Positions 47,478-56,631 of a stretch of DNA of 64,000 nt are shown here, in pieces. Location of the stretch: assembly GCA_002496725.1 (NCBI GenBank), contig DALI01000049.1, positions 1,772 through 65,771 on the forward strand, in the 5' to 3' direction. Below the pieces are notes generated by a model. The model saw nothing but the letters and a program-made list of their open reading frames with translations, was not told the origin of the DNA and searched no databases. This DNA is from Euryarchaeota archaeon UBA181 (GTDB taxonomy: Archaea > Thermoplasmatota > Poseidoniia > Poseidoniales > Thalassarchaeaceae). Made by a program: the position numbers and the translations under genes. Positions within the stretch are counted from its first letter, which is position 1. Each line of letters begins with the position of its first letter.

Positions 47478-48998
47478 ATGGGCGCCCCTAGGAAGGCCAA
47501 GAGGGGCATTCCCCCGAAGTCAGAATTCAACTCATGGTACCCTTCAATAATCGAGATAGCAGATTTGGTCGATAAGAGATACCCAATCAAGGGCATGGAT
47601 GTATGGAAGCCCTATGGGCTTAGGGCGATGTCACTCATTGACGGCCTTACTAGGAATCAGATGTCTATGACAAACCACCATGAACACAGATTTCCCCTAT
47701 TGGTCCCTGAAAATCTACTGGATAAGGAAAACAAACTAGTCTCGAGGCTAAAGGCCGCAAGAGAGGCCGGCGTTGATCCCTCCGAGCTAAGGATGGATGA
47801 TGAAGACTCGGGATTCAAGAAAGAGGTATACTGGGTAACACACGGTGGTGAGAACGAGCTCGAATCACCTATGTTCCTGAGGCCAACATCGGAGACACCG
47901 ATGTATACCATGTTCTCTCTATGGATTAGAAGTCATACCGATCTTCCACTCAAGACATTCCAGATTGTTAATACATTCCGATATGAGACAAAGCAAACTA
48001 GGTCCTTCATCAGAGTTAGAGAGATACACTTCTTCGAGGCTCATACTGTACATGCAGATGAAGAGGGCGCCACAGAGCAAATCTCTGAAGATGCATCAAT
48101 GGTCCAAAATATACTGAGTGACCTTTGCCTTCCAAGTTTAGTCTCCAAGAGGCCTGTTTGGGATACATTTCCAGGGGCTTGGTATACTATGGCCGCAGAT
48201 GTGGTTATGCCAAATGGGAGAACATTGCAAGTAGCCACATATCACCATTACAGGGATCAGTGGGCAAGGTCCTTTGATTTGAATTATGAAGATCATAATG
48301 GTGAGACTCAATTTTGTCATCAAACGACCTTTGGAATGTCCGAGAGACTACTGGGCTCAGTTGTCGGAATGCATGGGGACGATCAAGGACTCATCATGCC
48401 CCCCTCAATTGCACCCCACCAAGTAGTCCTCCTGCCAATAGCTGCGCATGTCAGAGACGACGTCATTACTGAGATCGAGACTCTTTCCGATAAGCTATCT
48501 AATCATGGAATTAGAACCTTTGTCGACGATCGGGATGTCAGGCCGGGAGTTAAGCACTATGACTGGGAGATCAAGGGTGCCCCAATAAGGTTAGAACTTG
48601 GCCCCAGGGATATCGATGCAGGCAAATGCATCATTACCGAGAGAACTGGGAAGAAGTATGAAACTCCCCTATCTAATATTGAGGAATCCATCATTAACGC
48701 TCTAGATTCTGTGGCTAGTGAACTAAAGATAAGGGCGAATGAGAACTTTTCAAATCATGTAAGGCCGTTACCAGAAATTATCAAAACTGATGATGGCTAT
48801 GAGTTCGAATCTCCATTGGAAGACGGTATTGTGTACTCATTCCCCTTTTGTGGTAATGATTCTGATGCAGAGATATTGGAAAAGCTCTCAGGTCTCACAA
48901 TGTTAGGTGAATGTGTAGAAGAATATTCAGAAATAAGAAATTGCGTAATTACAGGTACGGGGACAACAAAAATGCAACATCTTGCAAGGATGTATTAG
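47478..48998 (+). CDS. proS: Prolyl-tRNA synthetase, archaeal/eukaryotic type.
   Basis: Class II motifs FRYETKQTRSFIRVREIHFFEAHT, plus an anticodon-binding domain and the C-terminal Zn domain. Confidence 0.85.
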   Translation: MGAPRKAKRGIPPKSEFNSWYPSIIEIADLVDKRYPIKGMDVWKPYGLRAMSLIDGLTRNQMSMTNHHEHRFPLLVPENLLDKENKLVSRLKAAREAGVDPSELRMDDEDSGFKKEVYWVTHGGENELESPMFLRPTSETPMYTMFSLWIRSHTDLPLKTFQIVNTFRYETKQTRSFIRVREIHFFEAHTVHADEEGATEQISEDASMVQNILSDLCLPSLVSKRPVWDTFPGAWYTMAADVVMPNGRTLQVATYHHYRDQWARSFDLNYEDHNGETQFCHQTTFGMSERLLGSVVGMHGDDQGLIMPPSIAPHQVVLLPIAAHVRDDVITEIETLSDKLSNHGIRTFVDDRDVRPGVKHYDWEIKGAPIRLELGPRDIDAGKCIITERTGKKYETPLSNIEESIINALDSVASELKIRANENFSNHVRPLPEIIKTDDGYEFESPLEDGIVYSFPFCGNDSDAEILEKLSGLTMLGECVEEYSEIRNCVITGTGTTKMQHLARMY

Positions 48999-49870
48999 AC
49001 TCTTTTTCTTGCTGAAATTATCATCATTAAGGCGAATAGCATCATCAATGCACCATCTAATATCTCACCATTGCCCGATTCACCCCATGCCTCATTACTA
49101 CCTAAATCAGAGTACTCAGACCAAATTAGCCGAGTATTGTCTTCGCAATAATTCCCTTCATCCGATGCTGTTGTTAGAGTCGTAATAATGTCTCCAGAGC
49201 CATTAGAATATGCTACTGGTAAACCATCTTCATACAGTGTTGAAAGATATGAGTAAGGCAGAGTGTCTATGATCCAGTTCTTTGAATTAATTCTTGCTGT
49301 TTCCGATGAGATCCACGACGAGTTTGCAAATTCAACTACTTCGCTGGATCCATTTTGTGAGATCCTCCATTCTAATGTGTATTCCGAGTAATTGTTCAAG
49401 CCATGCATACTCCAAACTACAATCAGGGTACCGTTGTTAATTTGACTTGTAGAACTCATTTCCAACTCCTGAATTTTCTCCTCTTCTTCACACAATGGTA
49501 ACACAGTACCTAATCCGAATGCAACATTGTAACTAGAGACTATTAGGAAGAAAAGCATTACTAAGGGTATGAAAAACCTCCTTCTGGGAATCTTTTCCAT
49601 CTCATTATCCGAACCTCTGGCGCTATCAATACTGACGGGAATTTCAACACCTCCATTTCCGTTAGGATATAGGAGTCCTCCCTCAGGGGGGGTAACCGGT
49701 GGATCTACGCCCATTTCTTCTAACGCATCCCTGCCATAGATTCTTTCCGCCATGGAATATAGTTCAGTATCACCACTAATTTCCGATGGATGGATGGACC
49801 CATCTAGGACTCCCTTAATTTTCTCTGAGGCATCCATGCCACGCGGTTCAATGGATACTTCATGAATCAA
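48995..49870 (-). CDS. Hypothetical type-II-like membrane protein with an extracytoplasmic domain rich in N-x-S/T sequons and a C-terminal hydrophobic anchor.
   Basis: TM helix FFIPLVMLFFLIVSSY. Downstream sequons NGT, NYS, NGS, NSS and NGSG. C-terminus LMMLFALMMIISARKRV. Confidence 0.4.
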   Translation of the reverse strand: MIHEVSIEPRGMDASEKIKGVLDGSIHPSEISGDTELYSMAERIYGRDALEEMGVDPPVTPPEGGLLYPNGNGGVEIPVSIDSARGSDNEMEKIPRRRFFIPLVMLFFLIVSSYNVAFGLGTVLPLCEEEEKIQELEMSSTSQINNGTLIVVWSMHGLNNYSEYTLEWRISQNGSSEVVEFANSSWISSETARINSKNWIIDTLPYSYLSTLYEDGLPVAYSNGSGDIITTLTTASDEGNYCEDNTRLIWSEYSDLGSNEAWGESGNGEILDGALMMLFALMMIISARKRV

Positions 49871-49899
49871 ACCCCAAACTGGGAGACTTTAGTCCCGAT

Positions 49900-50841
49900 T
49901 CATGACACTAAGGATTCACACGAGTTTACGATGTCCTTGTGTGTCATGCCTAGTGATTCCATAAGTTGCTCAGGTGTGCCACTTTCACCAAATCTATCAG
50001 ATACTCCAATCATTCGCATCGGCGTGTCCCCCCTTGATGAGAGATGCTCGGCAACTGCGCTACCTAATCCCCCAATTACTGAATGATCTTCTGCAGTAAC
50101 TATCCCCTTGCATGTATCAGCCAACTCATCTATCAGATCCTTATCTAGGGGCTTTAGAGTATGCATATCTACCACTGCGGCCGAGATTCCTTTCGAGAAT
50201 AGATATTCGGCCGCTTTGATAGATTCGCTGACCATGACACCACAAGATATGATGGCCACATCTGAACCTTCTCTGAGGATTGAGCCCTTGCCTATTCTCA
50301 ACTTCTTGCAACTATCCCCATCATACATTCTCGGCGTCTTGTTCCTAGCTGTCCGGGTATATGATGGATTTTCATGACCCAATAGCTGAACTGTCAGCTC
50401 CTCTGCTGATAGATCATCACAAGGATGCATCACGGTCATCCCAGGTATAGTTCTGTAAAGTGCTAAATCTTCAATTGATTGAGCACTACTACCATCCGTA
50501 CCGGTATGAATTCCTCCATGGCTACCGCATAGGTGTACGACCAAACCCGGCCTAGCAACCCCATTTCTCACTTGTTCGAATCCCCTCTCTGTGAAGATAG
50601 CAAAAGTACTCGCGAAAGGGATTTTTCCAGATGAGGACATGCCTGCTGCAACTAAAATCATATTTTGCTCAGCAATGCCCAATGAAATAGTCCTCTCGGG
50701 ATGGGCTTCCCTGAATAAGCAGGATTTAGTAGACTTCCCAAGATCAGCTTCCAATACAACCACGCGCTGATCCGCTGCTAGCCTGAGTAAAGCGGCGCCA
50801 TAACCATCCCTGGAGGCCCCTCCTGTGGATGGGGCGCTCAT
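49900..50841 (-). CDS. Transketolase, C-terminal (pyrimidine-binding/transketolase C) subunit of a split enzyme.
   Basis: ISLGIAEQNMILVAAG and ...GSHGGIHTGTDG. Confidence 0.85.
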   Translation of the reverse strand: MSAPSTGGASRDGYGAALLRLAADQRVVVLEADLGKSTKSCLFREAHPERTISLGIAEQNMILVAAGMSSSGKIPFASTFAIFTERGFEQVRNGVARPGLVVHLCGSHGGIHTGTDGSSAQSIEDLALYRTIPGMTVMHPCDDLSAEELTVQLLGHENPSYTRTARNKTPRMYDGDSCKKLRIGKGSILREGSDVAIISCGVMVSESIKAAEYLFSKGISAAVVDMHTLKPLDKDLIDELADTCKGIVTAEDHSVIGGLGSAVAEHLSSRGDTPMRMIGVSDRFGESGTPEQLMESLGMTHKDIVNSCESLVS

Positions 50842-51674
50842 GACAACTCCTCCAATGCTATTTGCAACTCTTCGTCGTTAGGGGCCTTGCCATGGAATGA
50901 TGGATTGTTCTCCATGAAGGATACCCCCTTTCCTTTGGTAGTATGAGCTATTATTGCGGTAGGGCGAGCGGAATTAGACAAAGACCAATCTATGGAAGAT
51001 ACAATTTCCTCCATATTGTGTCCATCTATTTCTATGACCTCCCATCCGAATGAGGATAGCTTTGCTGCAACATCCCCTACTTCCATCTGAGTCTCTACGA
51101 AATCATCATTCTGAATCCGGTTTCTATCGACAACCAAGTTTAACCTACCTGCAGAGTGAAAATCCGCGGCCATAGCAGCCTCCCAGAACTGGCCTTCTTG
51201 AATCTCCCCATCGCCAACCATTACCCAGATATTCCTATCACTCGAATCCATTCTCGCAGCCAAAGCACAACCCAGTCCAAATGACAATCCCATTCCCAAG
51301 CTACCCGCAGAGAAATCAACTCCATCAGTCCATTTCATGTCAACGTGACCCTGGCAAACCGAACCCATAGATCTGAAAGACATCATATCCATTTCAGAGA
51401 TAAACCCCATCTCATAGAGTATTGAGTATATCGCAGGACTAGCATGTCCTTTACTCATTATGAATCGATCCCTGTCTCCCCAATCTGGATTACTGGTTTC
51501 GATTCGTAATCGATTACCATATAGTGCAACTATAATGTCTATTGCCGATAATGACCCACCTGGATGGCCGGCACCTGCTGAATGAATCATTTTTACTATG
51601 TGCCTGCGGCACTTGAGAGCCAACTCTTCCAATTGAGAATTTGTCATCTCTATCGACGGGGCCGTTGAATTCAC
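50838..51674 (-). CDS. Transketolase, N-terminal (TPP-binding) subunit of a split enzyme.
   Basis: GAGHPGGSLSAIDI and GDGEIQEG. Overlaps the C-terminal subunit gene by 4 nt. Confidence 0.85.
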   Translation of the reverse strand: MNSTAPSIEMTNSQLEELALKCRRHIVKMIHSAGAGHPGGSLSAIDIIVALYGNRLRIETSNPDWGDRDRFIMSKGHASPAIYSILYEMGFISEMDMMSFRSMGSVCQGHVDMKWTDGVDFSAGSLGMGLSFGLGCALAARMDSSDRNIWVMVGDGEIQEGQFWEAAMAADFHSAGRLNLVVDRNRIQNDDFVETQMEVGDVAAKLSSFGWEVIEIDGHNMEEIVSSIDWSLSNSARPTAIIAHTTKGKGVSFMENNPSFHGKAPNDEELQIALEELS

Positions 51675-51774
51675 GACACTCCTAGAAAATCTAACTAATG
51701 ATGCTTTCCGGAGATGTGACTTGTGAGCATAGACGAATTCTTATGATGTCGATGCCGGACCAACAATCGTTAGA

Positions 51775-52989
51775 ATGGCAGTCGAGGCGATTTCATTTTC
51801 AGATTCGCGATGGAGGAGCAGGCTTTCTTCCATGCAAGTACCACTGGCTGTCAGCTCCAATAGTTCCGCACTCAATTGCCTAGAAACACTAATTTCCCAT
51901 GGAAGACTGTCTTTCAGTCAAGGTATTGATCTAATGAAAAATCCCGATCTTTCTTCTGTTACTTCTTTGGCTAACATGGTCAAGTCTGCACGATTCTCCA
52001 GTCATGTCTTCTTCAATGAAAATTTACATGTAAATTCGACTAATATTTGTGTTCTCGCATGTAGATTCTGTGCCTTTCGAAAGGGACCAAGGCATCCAGA
52101 CGCCTATTCACTAGATGTGAACCAATATCTGGAAAGAATAGATCCCTACTCTTCCAGAATTGATGAGGTCCATACAGTTGGTGGGCTACACCCTAGCTGG
52201 ACAGTATCAGAGTATTGCAAACTATTCTCTAGTGTTAAAGAAAAGTATCCGCACATACACATCAAAGCACTCACAGCGGTTGAGATAAAGCATCTTTCCT
52301 CTAGGTCTTCACTTTCTTTCCACCAAACTCTTTCCACACTTGCCGAGGCAGGTCTGAACTCATTACCAGGAGGGGGGGCAGAGATTCTTGTGGATAAGGT
52401 CAGAGATAGAATCTGCAGGGGCAAGGAATCATCCGCCGAGTATCTGGAGATTCACGGCATTGCACACTCCCTTGGAATGCCAACAAACTGTACAATGTTA
52501 TTCGGAACCGTTGAATCGATAGAAGATAGAATTACACATCTAGTCAGACTAAGAGAGCAACAAGATGAATCATGTGGTTTCCAATGCTTTGTCCCATACC
52601 CGTTTCTTCCGGATAAATCTAGGCTCCCTGAAGCACAGCTTGCAACCGGTCAGGAAATCATCAGAATGATTTCCGTTTCTAGACTTATGCTAGACAATAT
52701 ACCTCACATCAAGGCCTACAGGATGAACATTGGAGATAAATTATCTTCATTCGCTATCAATTGTGGCGCCGATGATGTCGATGGTACAGTTGGTCATGAG
52801 GAGATAATGCATGAGGCAGGTAGTAAGACCAGCCTCAGTACAACTTCTGAACAAATGGCCAGGATGATAGTCTCAGCTGGTTCCATACCAGTAAAGAGAA
52901 ATTCATCATACACCCAATTTGAGATTATTGAACTTCCCGAGTCTAGAAATTCAAAATCACTTCCTATTCTTACTATGGAGGGGAATTAG
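51775..52989 (+). CDS. Radical SAM enzyme of the futalosine-pathway MqnC/MqnE family (aminofutalosine synthase or cyclic dehypoxanthinyl-futalosine synthase).
   Basis: NICVLACRFCAF CxxxCxxC-variant cluster typical of MqnC/MqnE/CofH-type enzymes. Adjacent to mqnA. Confidence 0.55.
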   Translation: MAVEAISFSDSRWRSRLSSMQVPLAVSSNSSALNCLETLISHGRLSFSQGIDLMKNPDLSSVTSLANMVKSARFSSHVFFNENLHVNSTNICVLACRFCAFRKGPRHPDAYSLDVNQYLERIDPYSSRIDEVHTVGGLHPSWTVSEYCKLFSSVKEKYPHIHIKALTAVEIKHLSSRSSLSFHQTLSTLAEAGLNSLPGGGAEILVDKVRDRICRGKESSAEYLEIHGIAHSLGMPTNCTMLFGTVESIEDRITHLVRLREQQDESCGFQCFVPYPFLPDKSRLPEAQLATGQEIIRMISVSRLMLDNIPHIKAYRMNIGDKLSSFAINCGADDVDGTVGHEEIMHEAGSKTSLSTTSEQMARMIVSAGSIPVKRNSSYTQFEIIELPESRNSKSLPILTMEGN

Positions 52990-53785
52990 TATCAGTTGGA
53001 CAGATGTCATAGGTCGAGTTTCTTTCTCAAATTGCGATCCAATATTTGATGGGATTAATCAAGAATGGACAATACTTTCCGCTCCCCCTGCGTGGCTCAC
53101 AGGCCATATCATGCGAAGAGACTGTATCACAGCACCAATTCCTTCGGCAGATTATGCGAAGAATAGTGAAGAGTTACTTCTCCTTCCAGATATTGGTATA
53201 GTCAGTAGCGGGGAAGTAGGGTCTGTACTACTTTTTGGTAATCGACCCATAGAGAAAATGAGAGATATCGCACTACCAACCGACTCTTCCACATCTAAGG
53301 TATTACTGAGCTGGATAGTTAGAAATAGAGGTTTAGACCCTAAATTTGTAGAGTCTGGGCCAGATATCAACTCAATGTTAGAGAAATGCGATGGAGCTCT
53401 GTTGATTGGAGATAGGGCAATATTGGCATCTCTCTCAAATCCAGACCTAGTTAGAATGGATCTAGGTGCAGAGTGGACAAGAATCACTGGTCTCCCAATG
53501 GTCTTCGGTGTTTTTGTTGCGAGGAGGGATTCCTCTGAAGAAATTCTAAGGAATGCACATTCAGATATGATTAATCAGGTTGAATTATTTGATAATGATA
53601 AAGTTTGGAGGGATGGCGTAATAAGAAGAACTTCTAAGAAATTAGGATTCCCAGTAGACAGGGTGGAAGAATATTTCAGGACTGAGGTCAGGAATAGAAT
53701 GTCTGAAGACGACATCAAAGGATTAATGACTTTCCTGAAGGAAGCATGCGACATGGACGAAGAACCAATTTGGCTAGATATCTAA
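52919..53785 (+). CDS. mqnA: Chorismate dehydratase MqnA-like (PF02621 family).
   Basis: N-terminal IGRVSFSNCDPIF resembles the IGxISYLNxxP motif. ...SVLLFGN, STSKVLL and DGALLIGDRAIL are also present. The only canonical start is TTG 52919, overlapping the upstream gene by 71 nt. Confidence 0.5.
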   Translation: MRLLNFPSLEIQNHFLFLLWRGISISWTDVIGRVSFSNCDPIFDGINQEWTILSAPPAWLTGHIMRRDCITAPIPSADYAKNSEELLLLPDIGIVSSGEVGSVLLFGNRPIEKMRDIALPTDSSTSKVLLSWIVRNRGLDPKFVESGPDINSMLEKCDGALLIGDRAILASLSNPDLVRMDLGAEWTRITGLPMVFGVFVARRDSSEEILRNAHSDMINQVELFDNDKVWRDGVIRRTSKKLGFPVDRVEEYFRTEVRNRMSEDDIKGLMTFLKEACDMDEEPIWLDI

Positions 53786-54261
53786 TCCGTGTAGTCCAGC
53801 TTTTTGCTGGAGACCCACTCTAGAAGATCTAATGCAACTTCGCATGATTCTGCGACCACGGTATCCTTGTCATCTTTGAATTTCTCAAGTACTGAGAGGG
53901 CCGTTCTATCACCTATGGCACCTAATGCTTCTGCCGCTTCATGCCTAACCATTACATCCTCATCAAAGTCCTGCAATCTATCGATTAAGTATGGAAGAGC
54001 GGCTGAATCTTGCATTTGCCCCATGACATATGCGATCTCATGTTTCAGTAATGCCGATGAAGATCCAAAAGCCGCGGCTAGGGCTTCTACTGATTCCTGC
54101 CCCCCTATGTTCCTAAGTGCAAATAAGGCCCTCATCCTCTGGAACATTTTCTCATCTTCATCACAAATCGTCATTCTCAGTTTTCTCACATCATCAATAT
54201 TACTCGGTGGTGCCGGATCAACAGAATCGAATTCACTGACCTCTGGTCTTTTCTCTTCCAT
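53782..54261 (-). CDS. Half-length deoxyhypusine hydroxylase (DOHH)-like HEAT-repeat protein with two His-Glu metal-binding motifs.
   Basis: FALRNIGG...SALLKHEIAYVMGQMQDSAALPYL...DVMVRHEAAEALGAIGD...ESCEVALDLLEW is collinear with each half of eukaryotic DOHH. The N-terminus SVDPAPPS matches the linker that begins the second DOHH half. Confidence 0.55.
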   Translation of the reverse strand: MEEKRPEVSEFDSVDPAPPSNIDDVRKLRMTICDEDEKMFQRMRALFALRNIGGQESVEALAAAFGSSSALLKHEIAYVMGQMQDSAALPYLIDRLQDFDEDVMVRHEAAEALGAIGDRTALSVLEKFKDDKDTVVAESCEVALDLLEWVSSKKLDYTD

Positions 54262-55119
54262 TTATTCACCCGACCCAACGAAAACTATTGAATCAACATC
54301 AAGATCTTCTCTTACCATTCCAATTTCCTGACCCCTTTTTAGAAAAAGTCGAATTGCTTCCCTACCATCTTCTCCGTAATCCAAGGTTCGATTATTGACA
54401 TACATGCCGACGAATTCTTCGTTGGTTTCGTCATCAATTCCCCTTCCCCATTCCTTGGCGAATTTGAGAGCCTCCGTTGGATTATTGAGAGAGTGCTTGA
54501 TACTGTTACGAACATCTTCAGTTATCATTTCACAGAGCTCAATCCCAAGATCCTTCCTCACTACATTTCCCCCCAGGGGTAGTGGGAGGCCAGTTTCTTC
54601 ATTCCACCATACTCCCAGGTCTAAAACTAGATTCACGCCTTCATCTTTCCAAGTTAGTTGACCTTCATGAATAATCACACCAACATCATAGTCGCCTCTC
54701 TGAACGGCAGGCATTATGTCATCAAATGGTACAACTTCGTATCTCACATCTCCCAAAGCGAGTTTTAGAGCCAAATAAGCACTAGTCCCGACTCCTGGTA
54801 TCGCGAAGACTTTCCCTCTAGCATCTTCCACTGTCATCTCTTCCCTTGAAATTATCATCGGACCATAACCCTCTCCCATGGATGCTCCACAATTCATAAG
54901 ATGATACTTTTCAGATATCTCTGGAAATGAGTGAATACTGACGGCAGAAACCTCATAATCACCATTGATAGCATGTTTATTCAATGTCTCAATATCCAAC
55001 AGAACATGTTCATAACCCCTCCCTCCGGTATCTATTGCTCCTGTCGTCATGGCATGGAACATGAATGCATCATCTGGGTCTGGGGAGTGTCCGACTCGGT
55101 AAGAGCGCGCCTCGTTCAT
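54262..55119 (-). CDS. mqnD: 1,4-dihydroxy-6-naphthoate synthase MqnD-like (PF02621 family).
   Basis: N-terminal YRVGHSPDPDDAFMFHAM signature of the MqnA/MqnD family. 285 aa. Confidence 0.55.
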   Translation of the reverse strand: MNEARSYRVGHSPDPDDAFMFHAMTTGAIDTGGRGYEHVLLDIETLNKHAINGDYEVSAVSIHSFPEISEKYHLMNCGASMGEGYGPMIISREEMTVEDARGKVFAIPGVGTSAYLALKLALGDVRYEVVPFDDIMPAVQRGDYDVGVIIHEGQLTWKDEGVNLVLDLGVWWNEETGLPLPLGGNVVRKDLGIELCEMITEDVRNSIKHSLNNPTEALKFAKEWGRGIDDETNEEFVGMYVNNRTLDYGEDGREAIRLFLKRGQEIGMVREDLDVDSIVFVGSGE

Positions 55120-55207
55120 GTACCGTCGCAAGCAATTAGATTCAAAATTCCTCCGTGTCAGAACCCTCCGTAGTAAGAGTGAATAGTCGGTTGTATTACG
55201 GGACTAC

Positions 55208-55405
55208 ATGCCCGATCCCAATAAGCTCTCCACTGCTACTGGACAATTGGGCCCAATATGCTCTGTTACGGGGAAGCCTATCACATTCTCAGAAGCAATT
55301 GTTGTAGATGACAGGTATGTTTGTTACGAAGCATATGTGGAGATGATGGGTCAAGGTTCTGCAACTGACTCCCGAGAAGTCCCCTCTAAGCTTCCCCTAG
55401 AATAG
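55208..55405 (+). CDS. Small YHS/TRASH-like domain protein.
   Basis: GPICSVTGKPITFSEAIVVDDRYVCYEAY resembles the YHS metal-binding fold. 65 aa. Confidence 0.25.
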   Translation: MPDPNKLSTATGQLGPICSVTGKPITFSEAIVVDDRYVCYEAYVEMMGQGSATDSREVPSKLPLE

Positions 55406-55443
55406 ATGCGCACCTTCATCAGTACAAGTCCCCCCTACGTCAT

Positions 55444-56616
55444 GTGGCAGTTGGTTGGAGCAGGTACGCACTAAGGTTCGGAGACTACTATCGATCCTTG
55501 TCAACTAGTGATCTCTGGACTCCCCCTAGACTTCGTTCTAGGGAATGGATGTTCATTCCATGGGGGTCTAAACCACCAGATAGGCATAGGGCACTTCCCA
55601 CCAAAGATGACTTACTCAGATACCTACAAACAAGATCTCCGCACTCCTGCTTCCACAGCACCGCATATTACGAAGACCCAAGTCAAAGAAAAATGAATGA
55701 CAAGGGATGGCTTGGTGCTGATTTGATATTCGATCTCGATGGGGACCATTTGCCCGGCGTATCTGACAATGACTTCCCCGGTATGATGGAGAAGATTCAG
55801 GAACAGGCATGGAGTCTTTGGTCTGATTTTCTAGAACCAGAGTTTGGATTCAAAGAAAAGTATGTCCAGACCACTTTCTCAGGACACAGAGGTTTCCATA
55901 TTCACGTCAGAGACCCCTCACTTATGCATCTTGATTCAAATGCTAGGAGGGAACTCGTGAATTACATAACTGGTGTCGGAATTGACGTACAGTCAGTGAT
56001 GACCGGACCGAAGATCGGCTGGTCGGAAAGAATAGACCTTGGCTTCGAGAAAGTCGTTAGCTCACTGGATAGTATCTCTTCAGGAGAAAAATCCAGTGAA
56101 TTGACCAATGCCCTTCATTCAAGCTTGAAATCTAGGAACTATCCCTGCTCCAAGGAACTCATCAAAAAGCTAGCTTCTGAATCTACAGCAGGTGGTCGAA
56201 TTAATAGGCTCAGAGAAGATAATAGCAGACCAGTTTTTACAACCAAGAAGCTCAATGGAGCTTTCTGGGAATTGGTTAAGGGCGCCCCTCTAGCAGTTGG
56301 AGAGACGGATGAAAATGTCACTGTGGACATAAAGAGAGTGATCAGATGGGTTGGCAGCCTCCATGGAAAATCGGGACTAAGGGTTACCGAGTTCCCTCTA
56401 AACCGTCTAGAACCGGGTAGGAAGACCTCCTTCGACCCAATGTCTGAGTCCTCTGTTTTCAGTACACAGAACACGTGTGAGATGGAGTTAATTGTCGATG
56501 ATGTAACTACTAGGATATCGGGCCAGGAGGTTTCCGGATCCACTGGTGATGTATTCAATGTCCATGAATCAATGGCCACATTCTTGGGGCTCAAAGGTTG
56601 GGCAATCATGCACTAA
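55444..56616 (+). CDS. priS: DNA primase small (catalytic) subunit PriS.
   Basis: REWMF, catalytic DLIFDLDGDH and SGHRGFHIHV motifs of the AEP primase family. Confidence 0.8.
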   Translation: MAVGWSRYALRFGDYYRSLSTSDLWTPPRLRSREWMFIPWGSKPPDRHRALPTKDDLLRYLQTRSPHSCFHSTAYYEDPSQRKMNDKGWLGADLIFDLDGDHLPGVSDNDFPGMMEKIQEQAWSLWSDFLEPEFGFKEKYVQTTFSGHRGFHIHVRDPSLMHLDSNARRELVNYITGVGIDVQSVMTGPKIGWSERIDLGFEKVVSSLDSISSGEKSSELTNALHSSLKSRNYPCSKELIKKLASESTAGGRINRLREDNSRPVFTTKKLNGAFWELVKGAPLAVGETDENVTVDIKRVIRWVGSLHGKSGLRVTEFPLNRLEPGRKTSFDPMSESSVFSTQNTCEMELIVDDVTTRISGQEVSGSTGDVFNVHESMATFLGLKGWAIMH

Positions 56617-56631
56617 TGCGGGCATTTAGGT

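Noticed and set aside
53782-54261. Alternative reading of the DOHH-like protein as a generic PBS-lyase HEAT scaffold.
   Set aside because: It is not fully rejected. However, both HE dipeptides, the surrounding residues and the linker match DOHH specifically rather than the generic VRxxAAxALG repeat, so the DOHH interpretation is kept as primary.
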